From positions 331,142,001-331,206,000 of the forward strand of contig OZ024741.1 of NCBI GenBank assembly GCA_964016885.1: 64,000 nucleotides of DNA, in the 5' to 3' direction. A program made the position numbers and the translations under genes. The notes beneath the pieces were generated by a model. That model saw nothing but the letters and a program-made list of their open reading frames with translations. It was not told the DNA's origin and did no database searches. The DNA is from Eledone cirrhosa. Its lineage: Eukaryota. Below are positions 25,811 through 40,057 of this stretch, one piece after another (positions within the stretch are counted from its first letter, which is position 1; each line of letters begins with the position of its first letter).

Positions 25811-25952
25811 ATCCACATTGTGTATATATATTCTCCAAGATGGCCAACCGATTACACACACGTATGTTTTTTTCTCTCCATTTTTTTTCTCATTTTCACT
25901 TTTCCTTCCTCTCATCACTCTTTACTTTCTATTTATCTTCTATTTCTAACTA

Positions 25953-25988
25953 TCTTTTGATGAAGGACTAGTGTTCGAAATGTTAAGA
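25953..25988 (+). ncRNA. Degenerate minimal hammerhead (family E)
   Basis: tctt-TTGATGA-aggac-tagt-gttc-GAAA-tg-TT-aaga. Confidence 0.55.
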
Positions 25989-26040
25989 CTCTCTTTCTGT
26001 TAGTTCAAGCGTTAAACTAATATATTTATATATATATATA

Positions 26041-26282
26041 AGTAGTTCCACAACAGTTAGTTCACCATACCGAGAACAAATGTTTCACCTTAAGCGGGTC
26101 TTCAGCTCGGTCTGAGTGGTGTTTTTCTGTATAATTCCACTCAGACTGAGCTGAAGATCCTCTTAAGGTGAAACATTTGTTCTCAGTATGGTGAACTAAC
26201 TGTTGTGGAACTACTTCTACCAAACTCATCCCTTGGACTGAGTGCTCTACTACTATAGATATATCCTTCCAGTGTTCCACTA

Positions 26283-26283
<1 letters not shown>
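26041..26283. mobile_element. Hairpin element (arms 26041-26119 / 26137-26215) with hammerheads at 26069-26111 (-) and 26145-26187 (+); family F
   Basis: actgag-CTGAAGA-tcct-ctta-aggt-GAAA-catttg-TT-ctcagt; gagtgctc box at 26240. Confidence 0.75.
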
Positions 26284-26313
<30 letters not shown>

Positions 26314-26356
26314 ACAGTGTGTATATATATATATATATATGTGTGTATATATTATA

Positions 26357-26700
26357 TGGAGGCACATGGCTTAGTGGTTAGAGCATTGGCCTTGCAATCA
26401 AAAGGTTGTGATTTCAATTTTCAGACCGGGTGATGTGTTGTTTCCTTGAGCAAGACACTTTATTTAACATTGCTCCAGTTTACTCAGCTGTAGAAATGAG
26501 ATGATAGGGACTGGCGTCCACATCATTCCACTGCAAAGTGGTCGTGGAGGTGCCACGGCAAAAAAGCACCCAGCACTCACTGTAAATGAGGTTGGTGTTA
26601 GGAAGGGCATCCAGCTGTAGAAATCAAGCCAGAATCAGTTCCTGTCCCACCCTTGCAAGCAGGGAAAAGCGGACGTAAAATGAAATGATGATGAATGATG
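26357..26700 (+). mobile_element. tRNA-derived SINE family B (CORE-like centre) with RTE-X tail
   Basis: tggcttagtggttagagc A-box-like head, ccttgagcaagacacttt centre, RTE-X tail. Confidence 0.8.
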
Positions 26701-26715
26701 AATGAATATATATAT

Positions 26716-27315
<600 letters not shown>

Positions 27316-27767
27316 GTAGAACACTGGAGGGTTACATCTGTAGTAGTAGAGAACTCAGTCCATATGTATATATATATATACACACACATATATATTGACG
27401 AATACATAGTCAAAGACATACATTCATATATAGATATATATATATATAAATATACATATAAGGGTTTTTGTCAGTGTTTCGCTGAAAGAATTCTATATAG
27501 TAGTTTAGATGACCATATGATATTGGATAATTTAGTCTATCTAAATGATGCTACACAAAATATCATACAAATGGGTTAATTGTTTGTTGATTTAACAATG
27601 TGTGTCACTTGCTAATAGCGTTCCTTTCTCTTCCCTGTTTTGTTGTGATGAACCCCCCCCCCCCCCAAAAAAAAACTATAAAAAAAAACCCATTGTGGTA
27701 GAGAGTAGTGCAGAATTATTCGATGAACCATTACAAAATTGACTTCAAAGAGATAGAGATAGATAGA

Positions 27768-27815
<48 letters not shown>

Positions 27816-27975
27816 GAGAGAGAGAGAGAAAGAAAGAAAGAAAGAAAGAAGGGGTGAGTTTATATACTATTTAGCTGATAAATATACTGATAAATCACAA
27901 AGGGTTTTAAAGAATACATATATCTATATCTATATCTATGTTTTTTGTCCACACATACATACACAGACACACACA

Positions 27976-28060
<85 letters not shown>

Positions 28061-29129
28061 AAACACACTCATATAGATGCACTAACTATATTTGATGTAT
28101 AGAACATGCTTTGAAATTTTATTGGTTACGCTGCACTTAATTGTTCTTGGATCCTGTAGAATGTTTGCTAATGTACATTTGTGAAGGCTTATTTTTGTTA
28201 GCTTCTTCTAAATAGATAATAGCATTCTTTAAGTCACAACCTTACTATAGCTATTAATCTAGCCTGCTTATTTATACCCCCTCCCCATATATATATATAT
28301 ATAGATATATTAAAATTTTTTCTTCAATTTTATGTATAATATATGTATGTATGTGTGTGTATATATATATATATATGTATGTATGTATTAAAGTAGAAAA
28401 AGTTCTAAAAAATTTAAATATATATGTTTATATATATGTATAATACACTTATAAGTGTGAGTGTGTGTGTATTTGTGTCTATATATAGATATCATCATCA
28501 TCATTTAACATTCACTTTCCCTGCTATGCTGGGTTGTGAGAGTTTTCTTATGAGCTATTAGTGTCACCCATTGCTCCAACTCTCCTAGTAGTTCACCTCA
28601 GTTTGGTTTGGGATTGCTTATTCATCTGACAAGAGCCCCACTTATATAGCAACTAACCATCAATATCTGGTGGCCATATCACTATCCCCAACCTGTAATC
28701 CATTCTCTAGCAGAACTGCATTATAACCCAGCAATGTAGTTCATCCTTTCATGATTACATTTTTAATGAAATGCACTATATTTTCATTAATTAACCAAGA
28801 ATTTTGAAGGTATTACTAAAATTATTCATTATTTCATTCCTAAAATAGTAACTTGATGTAATGTTCTAATATAAAATTATTTTGGAAAATTTAAATTTAA
28901 ATTGAAACCTTTAAAATGGGTGACTTTATTTCATAGAACCAGAGCTGGTTTTGGCCAAGTTGGTAACTAAAGGGTTAAGATGAGGCGAGTAAAGTCCATT
29001 TCTAAAAAGCCTTGTCTTCATTGGTCTGAGAAAATTACTAAAGATGTGGCTTGTGTGAATAAGACTACCAAAACTGCAGTGTAAGTCAGATTCATTAAAA
29101 GCAATCATATCATATCATCCTCTATATGG

Positions 29130-31630
29130 GGTAACAAGTAAGATTAGGCGGTATGAGAACAGAGTTAGTCAGTATAGACAAAACCGCATGTTTGACAACA
29201 GCCAGAAGATGTTGTTTGAACAGCTTGAAGGGAAAGAAAGAGGCAACAACGTGATCCCTGAGGCTGAACAAACTAAGACATTCTGGAGAGGAATATGGGA
29301 GCAGGATGTTGAACATAATAGCCAGGCAGTGTGGATTGAGACAGTTCATAAGGAGATTAGTGAACAAGCACACCAACAAACTGATTTGAGTATCACAGTT
29401 GAAACTCTTAAAGAGCAGGCCAAAAAACTAACCAACTGGATATCACCAGGTCCAGACGGTGTGCAAGGGTATTGGATTAAAAATATAACATCCCTCCACC
29501 CAAAACTGACAACCATGCTCAATGACTGCTTGATGTTGGGTGAAGTACCAGAGTGGTTGACAATAGGTACCACAGTTCAGGTAATGAAAGACCGAATCAA
29601 GAGTAATGATGTTACAAACTATAAGCCTATCACATGTCTGTCCGTAATGTGGAAACTGTTAACAAGCATTGTGTCTGATGAAATCTACTATCACCTCCAC
29701 ATAAACAACTTGTTACCGGACAAACAGAAAGGATGCCAAAAGAAGTCCCGTGGTACAAAAGACCAGTTACTTATTGATAAGATGGTAATGAGGAATTGCA
29801 AGAGGAGGCACACTAGTCTTGCCATGGGATGGATAGATTACAAAAAGGCATTCGACATGGTACCTCATTCTTGGATAACCAAAAGCCTAGAGATCTTCAA
29901 GGTGGCAGATAACATCAGACAGCTATTAAGCAAAAATATGAAGTCCTGGGAAACAGAGTTAACATCAGGTGGAGAATCCTTGGGAGGCGTGAAGATCAAG
30001 AGAGGTATCTTCCAGGGAGATAGTTTGTCCCCTTTGTTGTTTGTCCTTGCCCTGATACCCCTGTCTGTCATATTGCAAAAAGTGAGAGCAGGATACAAAT
30101 TGGGAAGAGAAGAGCTTACCATCAACCATCTCCTCTTCATGGACGATCTTAAACTCTTTGGGAAGAGTGAGAAGGAGTTGGATGTACTTGTTGACACTGT
30201 CCGTATTTTCAGCAATTATATATGTATGGAATTTGGTGTTAATAAGTGTAGAGTCCTAGTGATGAGGAGGGGTAACTTGATCAGAAGCAATGGAATCCAG
30301 GTACCAACAGGTGAGATGATAAAGCAAATTGACACTGAAGAAGGATACAAATATTTAGGTGTTCTGGAGGCAGATGACATCAAGAACAAAAAAAATGAAG
30401 GAATTGATAAGATCTGAATACATAAGGAGAGTAAGGAGCATATTAAAATTACATCTAAATAGTAGGAATGTCATAAGTGCAGTAAATTCCTGAGCTGTGT
30501 CTATTATTAGGTACAGTGCGGGAATTCTGAAATGGAATGTTGTTGAACAAAAAGAAATGTATAGGAAGACTAGGAAGCTATTGACTATCTACAACATGTT
30601 CCACAAGAGAAGTGATGTTGATAGACTCTACTTAAAGAGATCTGAAGAGTTAAGGAGTTCAGATGGAGAAAAACAACCTGCACAAATATGTGACTGACAG
30701 TAGGGAGCCAATGCTCAAAATTGTACTGAAGGAGAAGACAATAGACAGGGGATGTCCAAGGAGGAAATAACAAGAAGGAGGAAGAGCAACCTTCATGAAA
30801 AATCCCTTTATAGCACCTTCTTTAAGAAAACTGAATTTAGATATCCACAGACATGGAACTGGTTAAAAAGAGGAGACCTTAAAAAAGCTACAGAAGGAAT
30901 GCTAATGGCTGCACAAGAGCAAGCCCTCAGAATGAAGTGGGTGAAACACCATATTGACAAGGAGGAGGTTAGCTCACTGTGTAGGATCTGTGGAGAGAGA
31001 GAGGAGACTGTGGCTCACATTGTATCCGAGTGTAAACACCTAGCCCAGACTCACTATAAAGGCTGGAGACATGATGTGATAGGCATCTATGCAAACTGAA
31101 AAATTTACCACATTCTGAGAAGTGGTATGAGCATAAGCCAGAGTTAGTGATAGAAAATGATCAGGTGAAGGTGCTATGGGATTTTAGGATACAGACGGAC
31201 AAGAAATTAGAACACAATAGGCCTGACTTGGTGGTTTTGGACAAGGAAAAAAGATTGTGCCTGATTGTAGATGTAGCCTGCCCATTTGACACGAGAGTGC
31301 AAGAAAAGGAGAGGGAGAAAATTAACCGATACCAAGATTTAAAGTGGGAGTTAAAAAGGATTTGGAACTGCCATGAAATCAAGGTCGTCCCGATTGTCAT
31401 AGGTGCACTAGGTACTATCTCAAAGAGTTTCCAAGGATGGTTAAAGAAGATTAGTCCAGCCCTGATTTTTGGAACACTTCAAAAGGCCTGCTTGCTGGAA
31501 ACAGCAAGAACCCTCCGATACATCCTGAATGTCTGAGGCTGCAGGTAGTGGCTTGATATTCATTTCAACAAACTTTCCAGTTAAATAACATCAATGACTG
31601 AGACTCAAAGAACAATAATAATAATAATAA
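29130..31630 (+). mobile_element. 5'-truncated R4/Dong-clade retrotransposon (RT + CCHC + restriction-like endonuclease), (AAT)n tail
   Basis: [64 protein letters not shown]...VDVACP...EKINRY; frameshifts. Confidence 0.92.
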
Positions 31631-32631
31631 CAACAACAGTAAAAATAACAACAACAACTAAAACATAACAGAACAATAACTGCAACAAATCTAAAAAGTA
31701 TTTATTTATGGTAAAAGAAAAAATTATTTTAAAGTAGCATCATTGAAATTATAGCGAGTTAGGTTTCCCTAAAGTAGAAGTAATTTTTTTATCTTCAATG
31801 GTGACAAATTGCTACAAGGAAAATTATTTTCGCAGTTTGGGGAAGATTAAAAAAATGAACCTCGGAAATATGTATTAATGCTCCAAGAGAAAATTTATAT
31901 TAAAGATTATTTTATAGAGAAAATGTATGAAATGGTGCCATCTTTATCATCTGATAACATCTTCAATGTGTTTGTTGTTGTTGTCAGTAAAAGATTCAAA
32001 ATATTTATCATAACAGTATATGGCTGTGTGGTTAAGTTAAGAAGTTTGTTCCACAGCAGCCACATGGTTTGGGTTTCAGTCCCACTGTGTGGAACCTTGG
32101 GCAAGTTTTTTTCTACTATAATATCAAGTTCACCAATGCTGTCTTGTGAGTGAAATAGTGAAATTTAGTAAAAAGAAACAGTGCCCATCATATATATTCA
32201 GTTGTGTCAAGGATATGACAGCCTCCTTAGAGATGGTGATCTATAGCTACACAAATAAAAGCATCCAAAGTGGTTGGTGCTAGGAAAGGCATACAGGCAT
32301 AGAAAGCTTGCCAAACAGGGCAGATTGACAGTTTGTGTCAAAAGACATGTCTGCACTCAATATGTTCACATGTGAGATACAGACCCTCAGCCTGTCTGAG
32401 AGGTCAGTAGCCACACTTTAGGACTGACTTGGTCTATGTAGACATGTCCAACCCTTGCTAGCAGGGAAAGCGGATGATGATGATGACGACGACGACGACG
32501 ATGATGGATAGATATGTTTCTTTTATTTGCCACCAGGGCATCAAAAGTGGGACAAGTACAATGGGGGGAGTTTACAAAACAAGGCGTCCTCAATAAGGAG
32601 GAGGCAATAACAATATATAAAAATAAAATAG

Positions 32632-35305
32632 ATAGATATATTTCTTTATTAGCCACAGGGGCACAAAAGAAGGGGACAAATACAAAGGGGGAAGTTTACA
32701 TACAATAAAAACGTGTAAAATGTTATCACACATGGAATTTAAAAACTTAGTCGATTTTCCCCAATAGAGGGAGACAGTTTATATGGGTAACACATACCCC
32801 CGAAAAAAAATGTGCAACCCTCATCTCCAGGAGTACGAAGAGTTTGTACTCTTTTCCTCTCCTCCTTCTTTTCCTCAACCTACAGGCTGATATAGAGAGA
32901 AGGCCCATTCACTCGGGCCATTCTCGCCACTTTCGCCCACCTTTCATAAAACTTGCTGGGGTACAGCACCTCTCTCTCCATCCTGATTCTTCTTCCAAAG
33001 TGGTATTTGAAAAAAAGAATCAGTTGTTGGCCGGAGAGAAAGGTGTCTGACCTCAGCCCTTTCAACCTTGTCCACCGTACAACCTCTTTCGCCATAGCTA
33101 TCACACAAAGGAAAACCGCCACTCCTTCGTTTTTGAAGGAGGGTGGCGGTTTGATCATGACAATGGACTCGGTGGTCAACTGGATTGGTCCCACCCGCGA
33201 CAATAGTCGTTCTACATAGCCCCACAGGTCAGTGACGCCCGGACAGTGTATGAATGCGTGCACGACGGTTTCTTCGTCTCGCACGCACCTCGGACAGATC
33301 TTTTTTGCAGGGTCCCTGCCCGGGCGCCCATGTCTGTAGAGCTTGTCTCGAACTGGTAGAGCTCCTCGGTAGCACTGCCAGGCCAGGGACTTTTGGAAGT
33401 TGTCCATCGGTCCCGGGCGGAAGGTCCTACTGAATAGACTGGCCAGTTCATCTTCCTCTACGCCTAGAGTTTCACCGAGCGCGTCGTCGCACTTGCTGCG
33501 GACCAACCCTCTATAGAATGACGAAGTGGAGTCTCCACTGATCGCCGGGTCCGCCTGCCAGAGGGCTGTGAGCGCCTGAGCACATTCGATGTGCCAGTCG
33601 CCCATTTTCCTCGGTCTTTGCTTGACCCAGGACTGCAGTTCGGTCAGCGAGACGAGTCGTGGGAAGGCTCGCCTCACGAACGGGGCCCACACCGGTTGTC
33701 CGGTGAGGAATATGTAGAGATGCTGCAGCCTGAGCGCGTGTTTGCGCATCGTCAACCACGGCATCCCCAGCCCTCCGTTAGAAGGGTGTTGGCAGCAGAT
33801 GGATCTTCTCACCAAAGGAGCCCGCCTCTTCCAAAGGAATCGGAAGAGCGCGCGCTCCATTTTGGCGAGCGTTTTGGCTGGACAAGGCACGACGGTCAAG
33901 CGGTAGTAGATGGCGGACGCTATAAAAGTGTTCGCCACCTCCGCTCGACCTTTCAAGGATAGTTTGCACTCGGCCCACTTCTGGGTGAGTGCAAACACCT
34001 TGGCCGTCAATTCGTTCCAGTTCTTCTCCACCTGGAAGTCCGGACCAAACCAGACCCCGAGCAGCTTTACCGGTTCTTCCGTCCAGCGTCCGACAACGCC
34101 ATCGGAAGGCATCGGTCTGCCTCTCCACGATCCGAGTTGCAAACCGATGGTCTTGTCCCGGTTCAGCTTCGCTCCTGTGAGACATTCGTATTCCTTCAGT
34201 AAGGTGCCGACTTCCTCGATTTGCGAGGCGCTCGACACCATTACTGTTACGTCGTCGGCATAGGCCGACGCCGCTTTCCGCAGTCCCGGTTCCAGAGGGA
34301 TGCCCTGCGATAGCTCCAGCTTCCGCAGTAGTGGCTCGAGAGTCAGTACGTACAGAAGGGAGGAGAGAGGGCATCCCTGTCGAATGGATCGCGTAATATG
34401 GAACGGCTCCGAGAGGTAGCCGTTCACCTTGACCCTTGAGCAGATGTTGCTGTTGTGCATTGCAGCAATCCAGCCCCTGAACACGGGTCCCAAGCCTGCC
34501 GCCTCGAGCACCGCATCCAGGTAACGCTGGTCAACCCTATTGAAAGCCTTAGACTGATCCAAGTTGATCAGGGCCCCACCGAAGCCGGGTTTACACCCTA
34601 CCCTCTCTATGATGTATCACATGAGGTGGAGGTTGTCGTGTATGGACCTGGTCGGGATTGCGCATGTCTGCGCTTCTCCCACCAGGTTCTCGACGACAAG
34701 CGCCAGACTCTTTGCCAACACCTTGGCCAAAATCTGTAACTCTGTGTTTAGCAGAGTTATGGGCCGGAAGTTGCCTATGTCATCCCCCTTATTCTCGTCC
34801 TTCCTGATTAGTGTGACCACGCCCCCGGTTACAGAACTGGGAATTCTCCCGTTCTGTTGCCAGTTGCAGTAGACCGCTTCCAGGAGACCGGAGAATAAGT
34901 CCGGCATTGCTACGTAAAATTCGTAGGGTAGACTGTCGAGACCTGGAGATTTGCGTTTGCCGCATTGGCTTAGCGCGTCCCCTATCTCAGTGGCTGAAAT
35001 CGGCTTTTCGCAGAACCTCGCCCCGCTGTCCGAGAGTCGCGGTAGGCCGTCGAGGTATGGACCGAAATCCATAGCCTCTCTCGGCGCGCTGCTCCTCCCG
35101 AACAGCCGAGCAAAGTGCCGCTGAAAAGCCGCACACATCTGCTTCGGCTCACGTATCACGCGTCCGTTTTGGTCCTTCAAAGACCGAATCGTGGACTTGT
35201 TGCCACTTTTTGCCTCCGTCATTCGGGCCCAGCTAACAGCTTTGGCTCCCTCGTTTCCCAGAGCACGTATTTTGCTTCTGACAACGCAGCCCTCGTGCTT
35301 TGCGT
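32632..35305 (-). mobile_element. 5'-truncated L1/Tx1-clade retrotransposon ORF2 (RT + Cys-rich C-terminus)
   Basis: KSPGLD, NFRPITLLN, DQSKAFNRV, QGCPLS, YADD, CPRC...ETVVHAFIHC; 560-aa ORF at 32880-34562; 3' end aataaagaaatatatctatc. Confidence 0.92.
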
Positions 35306-36067
35306 AGATATCAAAATTGAATATTGAGTTAAAAACTCACAATAGCCCCTTGTAATCAAAGTAGCTCAAGGAAAAAAAATTCTCTGAGCCTTTTATAACA
35401 CAGTAAAGAGTGAAGAACACACATATATATATAATTCTATGTAGTCAAATATGGCATAAGCACATGTTACTACCTAATTTTCAAATTTGTTAGCCGTTTG
35501 TAAACAAAGCCTGCTTTGTGTCTCCTTATATATGTGATAAAAGCCGACCTTACCCAATTACACCTCTCAAAGGTGATGGATGACACACAACTGTGACCTC
35601 TGGCGTCACGCAGTAATACAGAGTACCCGACACCCCACGGGTACAAGCCGAAGCTGAAGCATATATGCCTTTCATCCTTACGGGGTCGATAAAATAAAGT
35701 ACCAGTAATACACTGGTGCCAAAAGTAGAAACAATTATTAAAAAGAACAAAACAAAATAACTAATGAATTTAATTATGAGAGTAATTTACAATATCAGTT
35801 CAGAATATCTGTGAACATTTACAACATTTTAGATTTTGGTAAATATATTTTTATATCTATACAGCTGCTCCAGTCAGGTAAACAGCAAATAGAAGGAAAA
35901 ATAAACCACCACCGTTGCCACTGCCAAGAACACCACCATCACGGTCACAAAACATTGCAAAAAAAAAAAATATACATATATATGCAAAAGACAAACAAAC
36001 TATAAAGAAAATGACACAGTACAATGAAGAAATATATTAGTTTTATGCTTGATAAAATAGGAAAAGT

Positions 36068-36105
36068 GTTTTAATGTTTCAGATGATAGTCCTTCATCAG
36101 AAAAT
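36068..36105 (-). ncRNA. Minimal hammerhead (family E), mildly degenerate
   Basis: atttt-CTGATGA-aggac-tatc-atct-GAAA-ca-TT-aaaac. Confidence 0.6.
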
Positions 36106-37045
36106 AGAATGAGAAATAAGGAATGGAAATATATATATATATATAGGGTGGTGCAAATATCACACACCACAAACATTTATCACATTTACTTACAAAAATA
36201 ACAAATATGAAGCTTCAAGAGAAAGCTGAAAAGTTCATAAGCTGACTATGAAAGAGTGATGCTAGAGCTGTGAAATCTTGCATGCATTAATTTCAACTCT
36301 TTTATTAATAACTGCATTGTTTCTTTCCAGAGACTATGTTGAAAAATAAACCTCATTTGGTCATTCCATGAGAGTATCTTGGTAGGCCTATGAACATTTC
36401 AGCTTATGTAGTTTTCAGCCAACCCTTGTATTATGGCAAAGTGTTATTTTACTGGTATGCGACACATTGTATATATAAATTTCTAGTTTAAAACACATCA
36501 GTATAAATTTGTTAAATAGATATTCTGTTTCATTCTTTATTGAAAAGACATCTTATTTTCTTGAAATAAATGAGATCTTAAAATAAATGACAAGACTGAA
36601 ATTTAATCTTGTCTTCAATAGTTTCATTTGAAAGGTTTTATTCAATTTTCAGTTTATCTTTTCAAATGAAATAAATGTATCTTTTAATTAATAATCAGTT
36701 CTAAAAATCTTTAGAAAACAATACATACGAGTAATATTTTTCTCTTTGTATGAAATTTATTATAAGAGGCTTACAACAAATGTTGATGAGTTTTAACTGT
36801 TTAGTTAATTTAGTTTCAGGCAACGAATTTGCTGAGATGTTAGTCAGTATGTCGGATAGAATTCTTTGCAGTATTTATTCTGGTTCTCTGAGCCCTGAAT
36901 TCAAGACCCAATGAGGTCAACTTTCAAGACCGACCATGGTCAACTTTGTCTTTCATCCTTTTGAGGTTGTTTAAAAAGTACAAGTTTAATATTAGAGTCA
37001 ATTATTCCTCTCTATCTCTTTCTCATTTCCTCTCTATTACTCTCT

Positions 37046-37197
37046 CTCTCTTTTCAAATGTGAACAAAAATGGTTCAAAACAAAAATGAATGATCGATGT
37101 GTTCTTCCCTAACTGGTCTATATAGACCAGTTAGGAAAGTTCACATTCATTGTTCATTTTTGTTTTGGACTGTTTTTGTTTCATATTTGAAAAGAGG
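37046..37197. repeat. Imperfect palindrome centred on ctaactggtctatatagaccagttag
   Basis: Arms extend to ctcttttcaaat / atttgaaaagag. Confidence 0.7.
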
Positions 37198-37792
37198 GTA
37201 TTAGCTCTGAAATATTACGTTGAAATATACTGGGTAAAACATTACTTTGTTTTGTTTTATTTGTCATCCTTTGCCTTTTATATATCTCACCACATTGTAC
37301 CAGCTTTTTGAAAATTATCAGTCATTTATTACATATCTCACAATGATTCATATTAACTATACTACTTTACTCTCTCTCTCTCTTTTTTCCTGAAGAAATC
37401 AACTGCGTTCAGACCTGTAGAGGGATGTGCTCCACCAAGTTTAAAATACTCAAGACATGCTTTATATATCATTCTGGTGCCATACATACATCTATAAAAT
37501 TTAGTTTCCCAACAATGTAATAAATGTTGGTTCAGTGACTCCTACCCTTTAAATATCAACTATTTTAAACAAAAAAATGTATTCTTTGTTTAAAAGGAGG
37601 ATTCCTATTTTATTTAACATTTCTTGTGATTTAGCCTGAAACTATAGCAAATGTCTGGTGACATGCCATATTAATTTCTGTCTATGTTAAAGTAGAAAAT
37701 ACTCTTTTAGTGGATTTTTAAAAACGTTTTTATTAAAAGTACAAAATACTGGAACGTTGGTGTGTTTACAAGCTGGTGTGTTAACAGAGTTC

Positions 37793-38020
37793 CTTACCAT
37801 ATTTCTAATGAAAAACACTGCCTTCCCTCTTTCACACTTTCATTACCATATTTCTATCTAAAGACACTGCCTATGTCATTAACCTTTTTATTACCATATT
37901 TCTAATGAAAGACTACCTATGTCATTAACCCTTTTATTACCATATTTCTAATAAAAGACACTACCTATGTCATTAACCTTTTCATTACCATATTTTTAAT
38001 GAAAGACACTACCTATGATT
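37793..38020 (+). repeat. ~44-48-bp tandem repeat (ttaccatatttctaatgaaagacactacctatgtcattaacctt), about 5 copies
   Basis: Direct reading. Confidence 0.85.
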
Positions 38021-38359
38021 TTCAAATAATTTTAAAATATTCAAGAATTTTGGAGGAATTTAGTAATATAACTAACTTTCTCATTATTAAGCAGGCATTT
38101 AGAACATAATTTAACAAATATAAAATTATAATGGAAGATTTTAAGAATGGTAGTGCTGGTGCCCTGACAAATGAACCCAGCTAATACTGTGAAGTGGTAG
38201 TGCTGGTGCCATAATAAAAGCACCCAGTCCACTCTATCAGGTTTGTATCATAGACCCATAGGTGGTAAATTGGCAGAGTTGTTAGAACATTGGATAAAAT
38301 ACTTTGTGGTATTTATTCTGGCTCTCTGTACTTTGAATTCAAATCCTGTCAAAGTCACT

Positions 38360-39800
38360 TAACATAGATGTAGTGGCCATCAGTGAGACCAGAATCTCTG
38401 AGACACGAGCCTTAGCACCCATTTTTGGTGGCTATCTCCAAGCTGTCCGGGATCTGAAGGCAGAGTAGCTGTGTTGTTTTGAAAAGGTCTGGATCTTGAG
38501 ACATGGGCCATTTTCTTGGACCCAGAAGGTAAGTTGGTGGTGTTGGTTATGACCAGCAGCGAAGGGGATGACTTCAGGTTAATGGCTGTCTATGCCCCGA
38601 TAGGGGCAGGGCAGCCTGATTTCTTCCTAGGAACATCCTGCCCTAGTGGGCAACTGGAATGAGATCTTGGATGCATGCAGGGACTGGGACTAGCAGATAG
38701 AAGAGGAGGGTGTAAAAGCTTCACAAACCTGCTCAGACACTTCCAACAGTCTGACAAGTACTGACTAAATTTCTCAAATGTGCCAATGGGGACATGGACA
38801 AACTGTATTGAGCCATCTGGATTGTATCCAGATAGGATATTTTGTAGGGAAATAGATAAGTCTAGCATAGGTTGTCCACAATTCAAGGTAATTGACTACA
38901 CAGACCACAAATGATCTAGATAGGCTTCAAGACGGAAACTCTAGACATTGACGAAAATCAACTAGCCACACTTTTCGGGAGGACTTTCAGTCAAGGGCGC
39001 ATGAACAACTTCCAGAAATCCCTAGCCTGGCTGTGCTACTGAGGAGCTTTGCCAGTTTGAGATAAACTCTACAGACATAGAAGTGCCATTAGCTGGGCCT
39101 GTCCGAGATACATGCAGGGCAATGAAACTGTTCTGCATGCAATCATCCAGTGTCTGAGCATTGCTGTCTTGTGGGTTTATGTCGAACACAGGCTGTGATG
39201 TGTAGGACAACTCTGGTTATCAACTGAGTCTATTGTGAAGATTGTCCTGCTGCCTTCTTTTAGTCAAGAAAGGCAGGAAGTTTTTATCTGTCTTGTGGCC
39301 ATGGCAAAAGAGGTTGTATGGTGAACTCACTTGAAGATGAGCACCTCTGGTGAAGCCCTGATTAACTTCTTCAGGTTTCACTTGAAGAGGAATATCAGGG
39401 TGGAAAGAGAAGTACTGCCTTCAAAGCAACTTGTTGAAAAGTGAGTGAGAGAGGCGAGCAGGGCCTGAGTGAATGGTCTCGCTCTGAGTGTGTGCCCATA
39501 GATTGGAGGAGTACAACTGGGACAGGGAATTTATCCAAAAGATCAGGGCACCCATGGTTTTATGTTTTTTTTTACACGAGTGACCCTTGAACGTCTCCTC
39601 CATAATGAAGAACCTCCTTTGTTTTAATTTTATTGTTATCTTCCTTTTTTTTAACATTGTTAAAATTAGTTTACACACAAAACCCACACATCAACACATA
39701 CTCATACACACACTGTCCTGTGCTGTCAATGTTTTCCTTGATGTAAACCCTTTGTGGTTAATAGATAAATCATTATTATTATTATCATTATTATTATTAT
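38360..39800 (+). mobile_element. Internally deleted Tx1 copy (APE start joined to 3' end), (ATT)n tail
   Basis: 38360-38930 matches 47585-48185; 39230-39770 matches 50140-50670. Confidence 0.8.
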
Positions 39801-40042
39801 TCTTTGAGTCTCAGTCATTGATGTTATTTAACTGGAAAGTTTGTTGAAATGAATATCAAGTCACTACCTGCAGCCTCAGATATTCAGGACGTATTGGAGG
39901 GTTCTTGCTGTTCCCAGCAAGCATGCCTTTTGAAGTTTCCAAAAAGCGGGGCTGGACTAATCTTCTTTAACCGTCCTTGGAAACTCTTTGAGATAGTACC
40001 TAGTGCGCCTATGACAATCGGGATGACCTTGATTTCATGGCA
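39801..40042 (-). mobile_element. R4/Dong 3' fragment
   Basis: Reverse complement of 31370-31610. Confidence 0.85.
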
Positions 40043-40057
40043 TATTATTATTATTAT

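Noticed and set aside
33511-34872. Overlapping alternative-frame and antisense ORFs within Tx1, RTE and Dong elements
   Set aside because: Shadows of GC-richer transposon coding sequence.
36321-36371. Exon-like segment after ttctttccag
   Set aside because: Stops in all three frames.
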